The notes under the pieces were generated by a model. That model made no database searches. It saw only the letters and a list, made by a program, of their open reading frames with translations, and was not told the DNA's origin. From Pseudomonas phage PSASB_03: a stretch of 32,000 bases of DNA. The stretch is from sequence record PQ621116.1; one strand, given 5' to 3'. A program made the position numbers and the translations under genes. The stretch's first letter is position 1; every line of letters starts with the position of its first letter. Below are positions 1 to 9,261 of the stretch, piece by piece.

Positions 1-43
1 GATATCATTGTTTTCTAGAAGGAGAATGCAAGTGGCAGGCTTG

Positions 44-460
44 ATGAGTCGAAATAAAGGCAAGCGCGGGGAACGAGAAGTCGTGAAGTTGTTGCAGCCC
101 GTGGTCAACGAGGTCTACCAGTCGCTGGGGCTGGAGCCGCCCGCCCTCGAGCGCAACCTCATGCAGTCCCATAAGGGCGGCTGCGACCTGGCCGGTCTTG
201 ATTGGTTGGCCCTCGAGGTCAAGTATCAGGAGCAGCAGCAGATGACTAGCTGGTGGGACCAGTGCAAGCGACAGGCCAAGCCCGATCGCGAGCCGGTCCT
301 GTTCTACCGGAAGAACAACGCGAAGTGGAAGGTCCGCATGTTCGGGTGCTTGGTCGCCGGGGGCCAGCGCGTCCGCTGCCCTGTGGACATCACCCCCGAG
401 GCGTTCCTGGCCTACCTGCGCCTTCGCCTCATGAAGGAGTTGTCTCCTCTCAACGCTTAG
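44..460 (+). CDS. PD-(D/E)XK-type nuclease / Holliday junction resolvase-like protein
   Basis: ORF 8..460; internal start MSRNKGKRGEREVVKLL. The GCDLAG...LALEVKYQ pattern fits the D...ExK core with an upstream E (GEREVVKLL). Upstream start at 8 is possible. Confidence 0.6.
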   Translation: MSRNKGKRGEREVVKLLQPVVNEVYQSLGLEPPALERNLMQSHKGGCDLAGLDWLALEVKYQEQQQMTSWWDQCKRQAKPDREPVLFYRKNNAKWKVRMFGCLVAGGQRVRCPVDITPEAFLAYLRLRLMKELSPLNA

Positions 461-468
461 GCTATAAT
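440..468 (+). promoter_or_regulatory. sigma70-like promoter, TTGTCT-17 bp-TATAAT
   Basis: -35 TTGTCT at 440-445, 17-bp spacer, -10 TATAAT at 463-468, just upstream of the ORF starting at 475. Confidence 0.6.
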
Positions 469-474
469 CTAGTC

Positions 475-741
475 ATGGTACAGGAGATTGCGATGAGCCT
501 AGCGGAAGACATCAAGTTCGCCGAACAAGACCTCGGGGTCGAGTTCAAGGGCGTAGCCCCGATGCTTCGCTATGTCGCCGCGATCAACCCACAAGCGACC
601 CGTCAGGAGTTTATCCAGGCCTGCGTGGAAGCCGGCTATAAGGCGAACACCGCCGCTAACCGCTTCCACGAGAGCCGAAGCTTCGATCGGGACACCTATG
701 GCATGATCTGGGATAAGGAAGGGCGCCTCCATGAAGCGTGA
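475..741 (+). CDS. hypothetical phage protein
   Basis: C-terminal part of ORF 253..741; starts ATG 475 (MVQEIAMSLAEDIKFAEQ) or 493. Overlaps the next ORF slightly. Confidence 0.6.
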   Translation: MVQEIAMSLAEDIKFAEQDLGVEFKGVAPMLRYVAAINPQATRQEFIQACVEAGYKANTAANRFHESRSFDRDTYGMIWDKEGRLHEA

Positions 742-1054
742 ACAATTCGAAGCGGTGCTGGTCGCAGACGGCTGGGAGAAGGATCGATTCGGTCACTACC
801 AGAAGACCGAGCGCAAGACCATCCCGCACGTCGACCACCCCGAGGGGATCATCCGCGAGCGCAAGTACCGGGTCAAGATGCAGGACCTGAGCTGCCGCAT
901 CGAGGTTCAGGTTCGCCATGAGGCGTCCGAGTACAGCCCCGCTAAGAATGAGTGGGTGCGCTGGGGCGGTGACTACTACAGCAAGATTGTCCAGCTGGAT
1001 GATGGCCGCATCCGCGTGGGCTCCCACTTCTTCGGCCGGAGGAAACAAGTATGA
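731..1054 (+). CDS. hypothetical phage protein
   Basis: ORF with short overlaps to both neighbours. Confidence 0.6.
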   Translation: MKREQFEAVLVADGWEKDRFGHYQKTERKTIPHVDHPEGIIRERKYRVKMQDLSCRIEVQVRHEASEYSPAKNEWVRWGGDYYSKIVQLDDGRIRVGSHFFGRRKQV

Positions 1055-1512
1055 AGCACCGTCACCTGATTGCCCTGCTGCAAGAGGGCTACACCACCAT
1101 TCAGGTCGTCTTCAACGACGACATGCGTGGGCGCTCGAAGCCGTACACCTACAAGGCCCCGCTCTCCGCCGGCATCGAGGTAGGCGACCGGGTTGTTGTG
1201 GATAGCCCGAGCAAGGGGCTGGTCGTGGTCGAGGTCGTGGGCACCGACAAGGCCCCGCGGATCGACCTGGACGCAGACTTCACCTACAAGTGGATCGTCC
1301 AGAAGGTCGGGCTGAAGGCCTACGAGGAGCAGCTCGAGCGAGAGGCCAAGGCCATGGATGCGCTGCAGGAGGTGGAGCGCCAGCGGCAGCGGGACATCCT
1401 GCTCCAGGAGTTCCAGCTCCGCTTGCCGGAAGGCACCGACGCCCGTAAACTGTTCGACCAGACGGTCAAGCAGTTGAAGGGAGACGAATCCAATGGCACT
1501 GCGTCGGCGTAA
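1051..1512 (+). CDS. hypothetical phage protein with charged coiled-coil-like C-terminal half
   Basis: ORF; ATGA-type overlap with upstream ORF. Confidence 0.6.
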   Translation: MKHRHLIALLQEGYTTIQVVFNDDMRGRSKPYTYKAPLSAGIEVGDRVVVDSPSKGLVVVEVVGTDKAPRIDLDADFTYKWIVQKVGLKAYEEQLEREAKAMDALQEVERQRQRDILLQEFQLRLPEGTDARKLFDQTVKQLKGDESNGTASA

Positions 1513-1675
1513 ACCCCGCGTCAGCGTTCGCAAGCGCCCCTACAAGCTGGAGGGTGGCCCGATGCATGGGCACACCCTCTGGCTGACTAGCGGCGGGACC
1601 CTGACGTTCACCCTGCACGGCCAGACCGGCCGCTACGACACCGAAGGGAGATGGCAACCATGCTCGACTTCATGA
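1493..1675 (+). CDS. small hypothetical protein
   Basis: 60-aa ORF overlapping both neighbours, same strand. Confidence 0.5.
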   Translation: MALRRRKPRVSVRKRPYKLEGGPMHGHTLWLTSGGTLTFTLHGQTGRYDTEGRWQPCSTS

Positions 1676-2202
1676 TCATCGGGCTGCCCCGGTCTGGGAC
1701 CACGTGGGCGGCGAACTTCTTCTGCACCGAGCGGACCCTGTGCTTCCATGATCCGCTCTACACCACTCACTACCAGGACTGGGACGCGGAGCTCCCGAAG
1801 CGGGCTCAGGAGGGGGCCGAGGTTGGGGTCTCCTGCACCGGCATCTGGCGCTGGCCCGACTGGGTCAATGAGCACCCAGCCCGCAAGGTCATCCTCCACC
1901 GGGACCTCGGCCAGATCGCGGACTCCATGCGCGAGATCGGATTGCCCGAGATGGACCTGGACGCCGCCGAGAAGCAGCTGTCCTCCATCATCGGGATGCA
2001 TGTGCCGCACAGCGACCTGTTCGACGAGGCGAAGGCGTGGGACATCTGGTGGTACCTGACCAAGGACGCCGGGCACTTCCCGACCGCACGGCACCGCTTG
2101 CTTGTGGACATCGAGATGCAGCCTAAGTTCAGCGGGCTGTCCGTCGGCCCCGAGGTGACGCGGCGCCTGCAGGAGGAGATCCAGCGCGCGGCCGGATGGT
2201 AA
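1651..2202 (+). CDS. sulfotransferase-like P-loop protein
   Basis: N-terminal LDFMIIGLPRSGTTW matches the PAPS-binding 5'-PSB loop type; VILHRDLGQIADSMREI resembles the 3'-PB segment. Start may be 1660. Confidence 0.6.
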   Translation: MATMLDFMIIGLPRSGTTWAANFFCTERTLCFHDPLYTTHYQDWDAELPKRAQEGAEVGVSCTGIWRWPDWVNEHPARKVILHRDLGQIADSMREIGLPEMDLDAAEKQLSSIIGMHVPHSDLFDEAKAWDIWWYLTKDAGHFPTARHRLLVDIEMQPKFSGLSVGPEVTRRLQEEIQRAAGW

Positions 2203-2212
2203 AAGCCGACCC

Positions 2213-2241
2213 TAGCCAGGCGAAAATTGCACCCCTATAAT
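2213..2241 (+). promoter_or_regulatory. sigma70-like promoter, TAGCCA-17 bp-TATAAT, upstream of lysis cassette
   Basis: -10 TATAAT at 2236-2241; 4/6 -35 match at 2213-2218; between the upstream stop and the endolysin start at 2274. Confidence 0.5.
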
Positions 2242-2273
2242 GGCTCCCATTGGACTGTTATGGGGGTGCCACG

Positions 2274-2678
2274 ATGCCGGTGTTTTCGAAGAAGTCGCGC
2301 GAGCGTCTGGAGACCTGTGACCCCCGCCTTGTCCGGGTGATGGAGCTGGCCATCCAGCGCATCGACTTCTCCGTGCGCGAGGGCCATCGTAGCAAGGCCG
2401 CTCAGGATGCCGCGGTCCGGGATGGCTTCAGCAAGACCCCGTGGCCCAAGAGCAAGCACAACCGCTACCCCTCCCACGCGGTTGACATCTACCCCCACCC
2501 ATTCAAGAACGAATACTGGAAGCAGCCACAGGTCTGGGCCGATCAAGCCAAGGTCGTGTTGGACTGCGCCGCCGAGCTGGGCATCCGGCTCCGCTGGGGC
2601 GGCGACTGGAATCAAAACGGGGAGTGGCGCGACGAGCGCTTCTTTGACGGTCCGCATTTTGAACTGCTGGGGGACTAG
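2274..2678 (+). CDS. endolysin, peptidase M15-type (L-alanyl-D-glutamate / D-Ala-D-Ala peptidase fold)
   Basis: Zinc-site motifs SHAVDIYP and GPHFEL; followed by holin and spanin genes. Confidence 0.85.
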   Translation: MPVFSKKSRERLETCDPRLVRVMELAIQRIDFSVREGHRSKAAQDAAVRDGFSKTPWPKSKHNRYPSHAVDIYPHPFKNEYWKQPQVWADQAKVVLDCAAELGIRLRWGGDWNQNGEWRDERFFDGPHFELLGD

Positions 2679-2681
2679 GGG

Positions 2682-3044
2682 ATGTGGGAGACGAACGAAG
2701 GCCAGAAGACGATAGCTTTCGTCCTGCTGGCCGCGCTGGCTGGACTACTGGGGCATCTTATGCGAGTCGTCGAACGTGGTGGTAAGGTCAAGTGGCTGGT
2801 CGCCGGATTGGAGGCCTGCGCCTCCGGCTTTGTCGGCTACCTGGCGATCCTGATGTGCAAGGCGATGGGCCTGTCCTACGAATGGACCGGCGTCGTAGTC
2901 GGCCTCCTCGGCTGGCTGGGGGCCGCGGCCAGCGTCAAGATCATCGAGAAGGTAGTTCGCCGCCGTCTGGGCATCGCCGACGAGAACCCCTTCGTACCGG
3001 AGTACAAGAACGATGATCGCCGCGACCCTCCTCAACAGGATTGA
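2682..3044 (+). CDS. holin-like small membrane protein
   Basis: About 120 aa with several hydrophobic segments; between endolysin and spanins. Confidence 0.7.
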   Translation: MWETNEGQKTIAFVLLAALAGLLGHLMRVVERGGKVKWLVAGLEACASGFVGYLAILMCKAMGLSYEWTGVVVGLLGWLGAAASVKIIEKVVRRRLGIADENPFVPEYKNDDRRDPPQQD

Positions 3045-3414
3045 CCCCTACCGCCCCATCATCTACGGGGTGCTGGCCCTCGGGGTCGCTGCGGCGGCCT
3101 TCTACGGCTACCACCGCTGGACGACCATGACCAAGGACCTGGAGCTGGCCCAGACCAAGCTCCAGATGGCCGAGCAGGTCAACCAGGACAACCAACAGAC
3201 CATCAAGGACCTGCAGGAGCAGCGGAAGCGCGACTCCGACGCCTTGACCGGCCTTGCCTCGGACGTGGCGGCCATCCGCCGTACCACCGGGGCCACCCAT
3301 TCTGCTGTCAAGAGCCTCGGAGCTACCAATGAACATGTCCGCGAGTATCTGCAGCGCCCTGTGCCTGATGATCTGCGCGGGGTGCTCAACAACCGAACCC
3401 CTCGTCCGAACTGA
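3013..3414 (+). CDS. Rz-like inner-membrane spanin
   Basis: N-terminal TM segment (IIYGVLALGVAAAAFYGYHRW) then periplasmic coiled coil; overlaps Rz1. Confidence 0.75.
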   Translation: MIAATLLNRIDPYRPIIYGVLALGVAAAAFYGYHRWTTMTKDLELAQTKLQMAEQVNQDNQQTIKDLQEQRKRDSDALTGLASDVAAIRRTTGATHSAVKSLGATNEHVREYLQRPVPDDLRGVLNNRTPRPN

Positions 3415-3592
3415 GTACGTCCGGGAGCGCCCGCCAGAGGAGCTGCTGCGAGCCTGCGAGCCCCCGACGGAACGGCCTGTGGCCATCACCGAGGACATCA
3501 TCGACAACTGGCTGGCCGCGGACGCCGCATATCAAGAATGCGCCGCCCGTGTACTCCGGCTCAAGGGATGGTACAATAGTTCGCGGCAGTGA
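3329..3592 (+). CDS. Rz1-like outer-membrane lipoprotein spanin, start nested in Rz gene
   Basis: MNMSASICSALCLMICAGC lipobox-type signal; different reading frame overlapping the Rz 3' end. Confidence 0.7.
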   Translation: MNMSASICSALCLMICAGCSTTEPLVRTEYVRERPPEELLRACEPPTERPVAITEDIIDNWLAADAAYQECAARVLRLKGWYNSSRQ

Positions 3593-3626
3593 CTGTTGCC
3601 AAGTGCCTCCCTCGCCACCTATCATC

Positions 3627-3657
3627 AAGGGGTCAGCAGTGCTGGCCCCTTTGTTTT
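3627..3657 (+). terminator. rho-independent terminator after lysis cassette
   Basis: AAGGGGTCAG / CTGGCCCCTT stem (one G.U), 5-nt loop, then TGTTTT. Confidence 0.7.
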
Positions 3658-3673
3658 GAACTGGAGGTTCCAG

Positions 3674-4201
3674 ATGGCAGCGCCTAAGTCAGGCCCCAAC
3701 GCCAAGAGCGCGAATAGCGCAAACCAGAAGCGGCTCGCCCGCCGCACGAAAGAGAACATGTCGCCCGAGATGCTCGAGCGCCGCGACCGCTATGTGGATG
3801 CCCTCATCATGGGTATGCCCAAGTACCAGGCCGCCATCTACGCCGGGGTGCCGCCGCGCAGCGCCAACAAGGAGGGCAGCAACCTGTTCTGCGAGCCCTA
3901 CGTGCAGGAGCGATTCCGGACCCTGCGGGAAGCGATCGAGGAGGAGAACCTCATCACCCGCAAGGAGCTCATCCTCAACGTCAAGTCCATCGCCTTCGAT
4001 GATCGCGAGCAGGGCGGCGCCCGAGTCGGCGCCTCCAGCCTGCTGGCCAAGGTCATGGGCTACGAGGCCCCGACCAAGATCCAGGCCGAGGTCGAGCACA
4101 AGGGTGGCGTCATGATGGTCCCGATGGCTGGCAGCGTCGACGACTGGGAAGCCCAAGCCTCCGGCGCGCAGAAGCAGCTCAAAGAAGATGTCCGCGCCTA
4201 A
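3674..4201 (+). CDS. terminase small subunit
   Basis: HTH-like region (YVDALIMGMPKYQAAIYAGVPPRSANKEGSNLF), directly upstream of TerL. Track ORF begins 3596. Confidence 0.75.
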   Translation: MAAPKSGPNAKSANSANQKRLARRTKENMSPEMLERRDRYVDALIMGMPKYQAAIYAGVPPRSANKEGSNLFCEPYVQERFRTLREAIEEENLITRKELILNVKSIAFDDREQGGARVGASSLLAKVMGYEAPTKIQAEVEHKGGVMMVPMAGSVDDWEAQASGAQKQLKEDVRA

Positions 4202-5693
4202 CGTCGTCTGGCAACCCCTGCCGGGCTCTCAGAGCCTGGCTATGGCCTGCCCATGCCATCACATCCTGTACGAGGGCACCCGCGGCCCGGGTAAGACCGA
4301 CGCGCAGGTCATGTTCTTCCGCAAGATGGTGGGCCGGGGCTATGGGGCGTTCTGGCGCGGGATCATCTTCGACCGCGAATACAAGAACCTGGACGACTTG
4401 ATTGCCAAGTCCCAGCGCTGGTATCCGAAGTTCTTCGACGGGGCCAAGTTCCTGGCCTCCAAGAGCGACTACAAGTGGGTCTGGCCAACCGGGGAGGAGC
4501 TCCTGTTCCGCCAGATCAAGCGTATCTCCGACTACTGGAACTACCATGGTCAGGAGTTCCCATTCATCGGCTGGAACGAGCTGTCCAAGTACCCGACCCC
4601 GGAGCTCTACGAGGCGATGATGAGCTGCAACCGCTCCTCCTTCCTGCCCGAGGAGCACAGCCCAATCAACGCGCAGACCGGGCTGATGGAGCCCCTGCCC
4701 CCGATCCCCCTTGTGGTCTTCAGCACGACCAACCCGTATGGCGCTGGCCACAACTGGGTCAAGTCCCGCTTTATCGACGTCGCCGAGCCGGGCCAGGTGG
4801 TCCGCAAGGAGATCGACGTCTTCAACCCGCGGACCCAGCAGCGCGAGATCATAGTCAAGACACAGGTCCGCATCTTCGGCTCCTACAAGGAGAACCGCTA
4901 CCTCAGCCCGGAGTACGTCGCCGAGCTCGAATCCATCAAGGAGGAGAACAAGCGCCGGGCGTGGCTGTGGGGCGACTGGGACATCGTGGCTGGTGGTGCC
5001 CTCGACGACTTGTGGGGCCAGCACCTCATCCTGCCGCGCTTCAAGGTGCCGAAGACCTGGCGCATCGACCGGTCCTTCGACTGGGGCTCCAGCCACCCGT
5101 TCAGTGTGGGCTGGTGGGCTGAGGCCAATGGCGAGGAGGCCACCCTGCCGGACGGCACCATCTTCTGCCCGCCGCCCGGTACCCTGATCCGTATCGCCGA
5201 GTGGTACGGCGCACAAGAGATCGGCCTGAACAAGGGCCTCCGCCTGTCCGCCAAGGAGATCGCGAAGGGTATCAAGGAGCGGGAGAAGATGCTGACGGAG
5301 CAGGGGTGGATCGAGTCCCGGGTCAAGGCAGGACCAGCGGACAACCAGATCAGCAACGTCAACGAGAAGGACGTCGAGTCCATCAAGAAGAAGATGGCCG
5401 ACGAGGGGGTGGACTGGATCGAGTCTGACAAGCGCCCCGGCTCCCGCACCAACGGCCTGCAGCTGATCCGGGACCGCCTCGAGGCGTCCAAGACGAAGGA
5501 GGGGCCAGGTCTCTACTTCATGGACAACTGTCGGGCCGCCATTGCCACCTTGCCTGTTCTCCCTCGGGACGAGGATAATGAGGACGATGTGGACTCTGAA
5601 GCCGAAGATCACGTTTATGACGATGTTCGTTACCGCGTGCTAGCCGGCAACAACCGCTTCGCGACCTCGATCAAGGTCACACTACCAACTTGA
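4188..5693 (+). CDS. terminase large subunit
   Basis: Walker A-like YEGTRGPGKT, PFIGWNEL, LVVFSTTNP, nuclease-domain-like DRSFDWG; position between TerS and portal. Confidence 0.9.
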   Translation: MSAPNVVWQPLPGSQSLAMACPCHHILYEGTRGPGKTDAQVMFFRKMVGRGYGAFWRGIIFDREYKNLDDLIAKSQRWYPKFFDGAKFLASKSDYKWVWPTGEELLFRQIKRISDYWNYHGQEFPFIGWNELSKYPTPELYEAMMSCNRSSFLPEEHSPINAQTGLMEPLPPIPLVVFSTTNPYGAGHNWVKSRFIDVAEPGQVVRKEIDVFNPRTQQREIIVKTQVRIFGSYKENRYLSPEYVAELESIKEENKRRAWLWGDWDIVAGGALDDLWGQHLILPRFKVPKTWRIDRSFDWGSSHPFSVGWWAEANGEEATLPDGTIFCPPPGTLIRIAEWYGAQEIGLNKGLRLSAKEIAKGIKEREKMLTEQGWIESRVKAGPADNQISNVNEKDVESIKKKMADEGVDWIESDKRPGSRTNGLQLIRDRLEASKTKEGPGLYFMDNCRAAIATLPVLPRDEDNEDDVDSEAEDHVYDDVRYRVLAGNNRFATSIKVTLPT

Positions 5694-5703
5694 GGAGCTG
5701 AAG

Positions 5704-7212
5704 ATGCCGAACGTGAGCTTTGTGCGCGACGAAGTCGCCAAGATGAAGGGCCGGTGGGACCTTGTCAAGGACTGCCTGAGCGGCCAGAAGGCCGTCAAGG
5801 ACGCCCGCGAGAAGTACCTGCCCAAGCCCAACCCCGCTGACCTCTCCGAGGAGAACAAGAAGCGGTACGACCAGTATGTTGAACGGGCTGTCTTCTACAA
5901 CGTGACCCAGCGGACCCACGCCGGGCTGGTGGGCCAGGTCTTCCAGCAGGACCCGATTGCCAAGCTGCCCGCCCTGATGGAGCCGCTCATCGTTGACACC
6001 GACGGGGCCGGCGTAGCGCTGGACCAGCAGTCGAAGAAGGCACTAGGCGAGGTGCTCGGCTACGGCCGATGCGGTCTGTTCGTCGACTACCCGAAGGTGG
6101 AAGGCGCCGCTAGCCGGCAGGACCTGCTGGACGGTAAGGTACGCCCGACCATCATCCTGTACGACCCGTGGGACATCATCAACTGGCGGACCAAGACGGT
6201 CGGCGCGAAGAAGCTCCTGTCCCTTGTGGTCATCGCCGAATCCTACGTGGTGGAGGATGACGGCTTCGAGGCGAAGTCGGACAAGCAGTGGCGGGTCCTC
6301 CGCCTCGAGGAGGCGACCGGGGCCTACCGGGTCGAAATCTGGCGGGAGGCGAATGGCACCCACCAGGAGTACGAGCACTACTACCCACTGGACGCCAGCG
6401 GCAACAACCTCAAGGAGATCCCGTTCACCTTCGTCGGGGCGGTCAACAATGACCCGAACGTGGACCTCCCGCCACTCTACGATCTGGCCACCCTCAACAT
6501 CGCCCACTACCGGAACAGCGCCGACTACGAGGAGGCCTGCTACATCGTGGGGCAGCCGACCCCGTACCTCGCCGGCTTGACGAAGGACTGGGTGGAGGAG
6601 GTCCTCAAGGGCCAGGTGCACCTCGGCTCCCGCGCGGCGATCCCGCTCCCGCAGGGCGGAACCGCGGGGCTGCTGCAGGCCAACCCGAACACCATGCCGA
6701 AGGAGGCCATGGAGCTGAAGGAGCGCCAGATGGTCGCCCTCGGCGCCAAGCTGGTCGAGCAGGCGGCTGTCCAGCGGACGGCCACCGAGGCCCGGCAGGA
6801 GGAGGCCTCCGAGGTGTCCATTCTGGCCACATGCGCGAAGAACGTGGCCGCGGCCTACCGGACGGCCCTGACGTGGTGTGGGGTCTTCCTCGGCACCGAC
6901 CAGGAGCCGGAGTTCGACCTCAACACCGACTTCGAGATCGGCCGCATGTCCGCTCAGGACCGCGCCCAGCTGATCGCCGAGTGGCAGGCCGGCGCCATCG
7001 CCTTCGAAGAGATGCGCTTCAACCTCCGCCGGGCCAACGTCGCCTATCTGGACGACGAGGAGGCGAAGGACGCCATCGAAGAAGAGATGGCTTCTGGCAT
7101 GGGGGCGGGGGCTGCACTGGTCTACGCCCAGCAGATGCAGCAGGAGCAGGACCCGGACGCTGACCCGAACAAGGACCCGCAGGGCAATGGCGGAAATAAT
7201 CAACCTCAGTGA
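5704..7212 (+). CDS. portal protein (DUF4055-type)
   Basis: GQVFQQDP, YGRCGLFVDYP, YDPWDIINWR segments; position after TerL. Confidence 0.85.
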   Translation: MPNVSFVRDEVAKMKGRWDLVKDCLSGQKAVKDAREKYLPKPNPADLSEENKKRYDQYVERAVFYNVTQRTHAGLVGQVFQQDPIAKLPALMEPLIVDTDGAGVALDQQSKKALGEVLGYGRCGLFVDYPKVEGAASRQDLLDGKVRPTIILYDPWDIINWRTKTVGAKKLLSLVVIAESYVVEDDGFEAKSDKQWRVLRLEEATGAYRVEIWREANGTHQEYEHYYPLDASGNNLKEIPFTFVGAVNNDPNVDLPPLYDLATLNIAHYRNSADYEEACYIVGQPTPYLAGLTKDWVEEVLKGQVHLGSRAAIPLPQGGTAGLLQANPNTMPKEAMELKERQMVALGAKLVEQAAVQRTATEARQEEASEVSILATCAKNVAAAYRTALTWCGVFLGTDQEPEFDLNTDFEIGRMSAQDRAQLIAEWQAGAIAFEEMRFNLRRANVAYLDDEEAKDAIEEEMASGMGAGAALVYAQQMQQEQDPDADPNKDPQGNGGNNQPQ

Positions 7213-7453
7213 GCGGCGGCCCCACCTGTCGGGGCCAGCCGTCTGCTCCTGCTGCCTGCATAAGTGGGTGGCGGTTGCCGAGGTGGGGACTTGGCAGTTA
7301 CAATGCCCACAATGCAAGACCATGAAGGGGTTGTGGGAGCACCCATACGCACCGGAGGCGTTCTTCGAGTGCAACTGCGGCTCCCATCTATTCTATATCG
7401 TATCCGACGGCTGCCGCTGCCGGGAATGTGGGGCGTACGCTAATGGCTTCTGA
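7187..7453 (+). CDS. small zinc-ribbon protein
   Basis: CSCC, CPQC, CNCG, CRCRECG clusters; overlaps portal and MuF-like ORFs. Confidence 0.65.
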   Translation: MAEIINLSERRPHLSGPAVCSCCLHKWVAVAEVGTWQLQCPQCKTMKGLWEHPYAPEAFFECNCGSHLFYIVSDGCRCRECGAYANGF

Positions 7454-8507
7454 CAAGCACCTGCTGGACATCGCGACAAGGCACCAGGTCTACCTGGAGC
7501 GCCTGAAGTCCGGTCAGGTCAAGAGCATGGGCACCGCCTTGCGTCGGCTGGAGAAGGCCATCACCGAGGTGGTCGGTGGCCTTGGCGCCACCAACATGGC
7601 GGACCTCACCAAGAAGCAACTCAACGAGACCTTGGTCAACCTCCGCAATGCTCAGGTCAAGGTCATGCTGGAGATGCTGGACGACCTCATGCCGGCCCTC
7701 GAGGAGCTGGCGGGCTATGAGGCGGAGTTCGAGGCCAAGTCCATCGAGCAGGCCGTCGCCGCGGTCAGCCTGACCGTACCTGTGGCCAGCGCCGCCTACC
7801 AAGCCGCCCTCAAGCAACCTCTGTCGGCCACAGGCGAGCTCCTGGAGCCCTTCCTCAAGGACTGGACCGCCAAGGAGATCGCCGCGGTCAATAATCTGGT
7901 CCGCAAGGGGTATGCCGATGGCTGGACGAATCAACAACTGGTGCAGGCGATTCGCGGCACCAAGAAGCTCAACTATTCCGACGGGATCGTCGCTCGTATC
8001 GGGCGCAACGCCGACGCCGTGGTCCGCACGGCTATCCAGCACGTGGCTTCGACGGCCCGCATGGAGACTTGGGCTGCGAATGCCGATGTTATCGAGGGAT
8101 ACCGATGGGTCTCCACTCTGGATAACAAGACGACCCCTACCTGCCGATCTCTGGACGGCCAGGTCTTTAAGCTGGGGCGAGGCCCGCGGCCCCCGGTCCA
8201 TATTCGATGCCGTAGTACAACGGTGGCAGAGGTTGATCCTAAGTACGACTTTCTGGACGAGGGGGCTACCCGATCCAGCGCAAGCGGCTATGTGGATGGT
8301 GATCTTACCTATTACGAGTGGCTGAAGACCCAGCCTGAAGCTTTTCAAGATTCGGCCATCGGCCCGACCCGCGGCAAGTTGCTCCGGGATGGTGGCTTGA
8401 CGGCCGAGGAGTTCGCCCGGCTTAACCTCGGGCGCAACTTCGAACCGCTGACCCTCGAGGAGATGCGGAAACTGGAGCCCACCGCATTCCAGCGGGCGGG
8501 CATTTAA
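7443..8507 (+). CDS. head morphogenesis protein, SPP1 gp7 / Mu F-like
   Basis: C-terminal RWVSTLDNKTTPTCRSLDGQVF...PRPPVHIRCRSTTV motif; follows portal. Confidence 0.85.
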   Translation: MASDKHLLDIATRHQVYLERLKSGQVKSMGTALRRLEKAITEVVGGLGATNMADLTKKQLNETLVNLRNAQVKVMLEMLDDLMPALEELAGYEAEFEAKSIEQAVAAVSLTVPVASAAYQAALKQPLSATGELLEPFLKDWTAKEIAAVNNLVRKGYADGWTNQQLVQAIRGTKKLNYSDGIVARIGRNADAVVRTAIQHVASTARMETWAANADVIEGYRWVSTLDNKTTPTCRSLDGQVFKLGRGPRPPVHIRCRSTTVAEVDPKYDFLDEGATRSSASGYVDGDLTYYEWLKTQPEAFQDSAIGPTRGKLLRDGGLTAEEFARLNLGRNFEPLTLEEMRKLEPTAFQRAGI

Positions 8508-8542
8508 CCCGGGCCGGTGGCCCATCATTAGGAGCAGTGCTC

Positions 8543-9259
8543 ATGGCTTTGAAAGCAATCCTCGAGTCCCTTGACGGACTCCCCGACGCGGTCAAGTCCG
8601 AATACAAGAAGGGCGATGACGGCAAGTTCCACCTGGACGTGGAGGGCATCGACGACCATCCGGGCGTTGGTGCGCTGAAGCGTGCGAAGGACTACGAGAA
8701 GTCCGAACGGCAGAAGGTGGCCAAGCAGCTCAGTGACCTGCAGGCCCAGCTGGATGCCCTGACCGAGGAGCGCGATGGCATCCTCAAGGGAGCGATCCCG
8801 AAGGGTGATGTTGAGAAGCTGGAGAACAGCTACAAGGAGAAGCTGGCCAAGCGCGAGAAGGAGCTGTCCGACCAGATCAGCGCCCTGACCGGCAACCTCC
8901 AGACCATGCTGGTCGACAACGTCGCTCAGTCCATGGCCAACAAGATCAGCAAGGCCCCCGAGCTGATCCTGCCCCACATCAAGGCGCGCCTCAAGGCGGA
9001 GTTCAACGAAGGCAAGGCGGTCACCCGCGTGCTGGACAAGGACGGCAACCCGTCGGCCTTCAGCATCGAAGACCTGCAAAAAGAGATGGTTGCCAATCCC
9101 TCCTTTGCGCCTATAATTATCGGGAGCAAGGCCTCCGGCAGCGGTGCTGAGGGCGGCCACGGCGGGAGCGGTGCTCCGGGTAAGCTCGATTACGCGAAAG
9201 CATCTCCCAAAGAGATCGCTGCTCACATCAAAGCATCCAAAGAAACTGGAGGTAGTTAA
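8543..9259 (+). CDS. capsid scaffolding protein
   Basis: Charged central coiled coil (KQLSDLQAQLDALTEERD), immediately upstream of MCP. Confidence 0.75.
   Translation: MALKAILESLDGLPDAVKSEYKKGDDGKFHLDVEGIDDHPGVGALKRAKDYEKSERQKVAKQLSDLQAQLDALTEERDGILKGAIPKGDVEKLENSYKEKLAKREKELSDQISALTGNLQTMLVDNVAQSMANKISKAPELILPHIKARLKAEFNEGKAVTRVLDKDGNPSAFSIEDLQKEMVANPSFAPIIIGSKASGSGAEGGHGGSGAPGKLDYAKASPKEIAAHIKASKETGGS
9090..9117 (+). promoter_or_regulatory. putative internal promoter TTGCCA-16 bp-TATAAT, upstream of major capsid gene
   Basis: -35 at 9090-9095, -10 at 9112-9117, inside the scaffold ORF. Confidence 0.45.
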
Positions 9260-9261
9260 TC

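Noticed and set aside
3572-3577. TACAAT as possible promoter before terminase
   Set aside because: No convincing -35 at 16-18 bp; a terminator lies directly downstream at 3627-3657.
4179-5612. 477-aa antisense ORF opposite TerL
   Set aside because: Shadow ORF of a strongly supported terminase gene; low-complexity HLR/LLG/VDL composition.
6043-7374. 443-aa antisense ORF opposite portal
   Set aside because: Shadow ORF from high GC third-position bias; no independent start context or domain.
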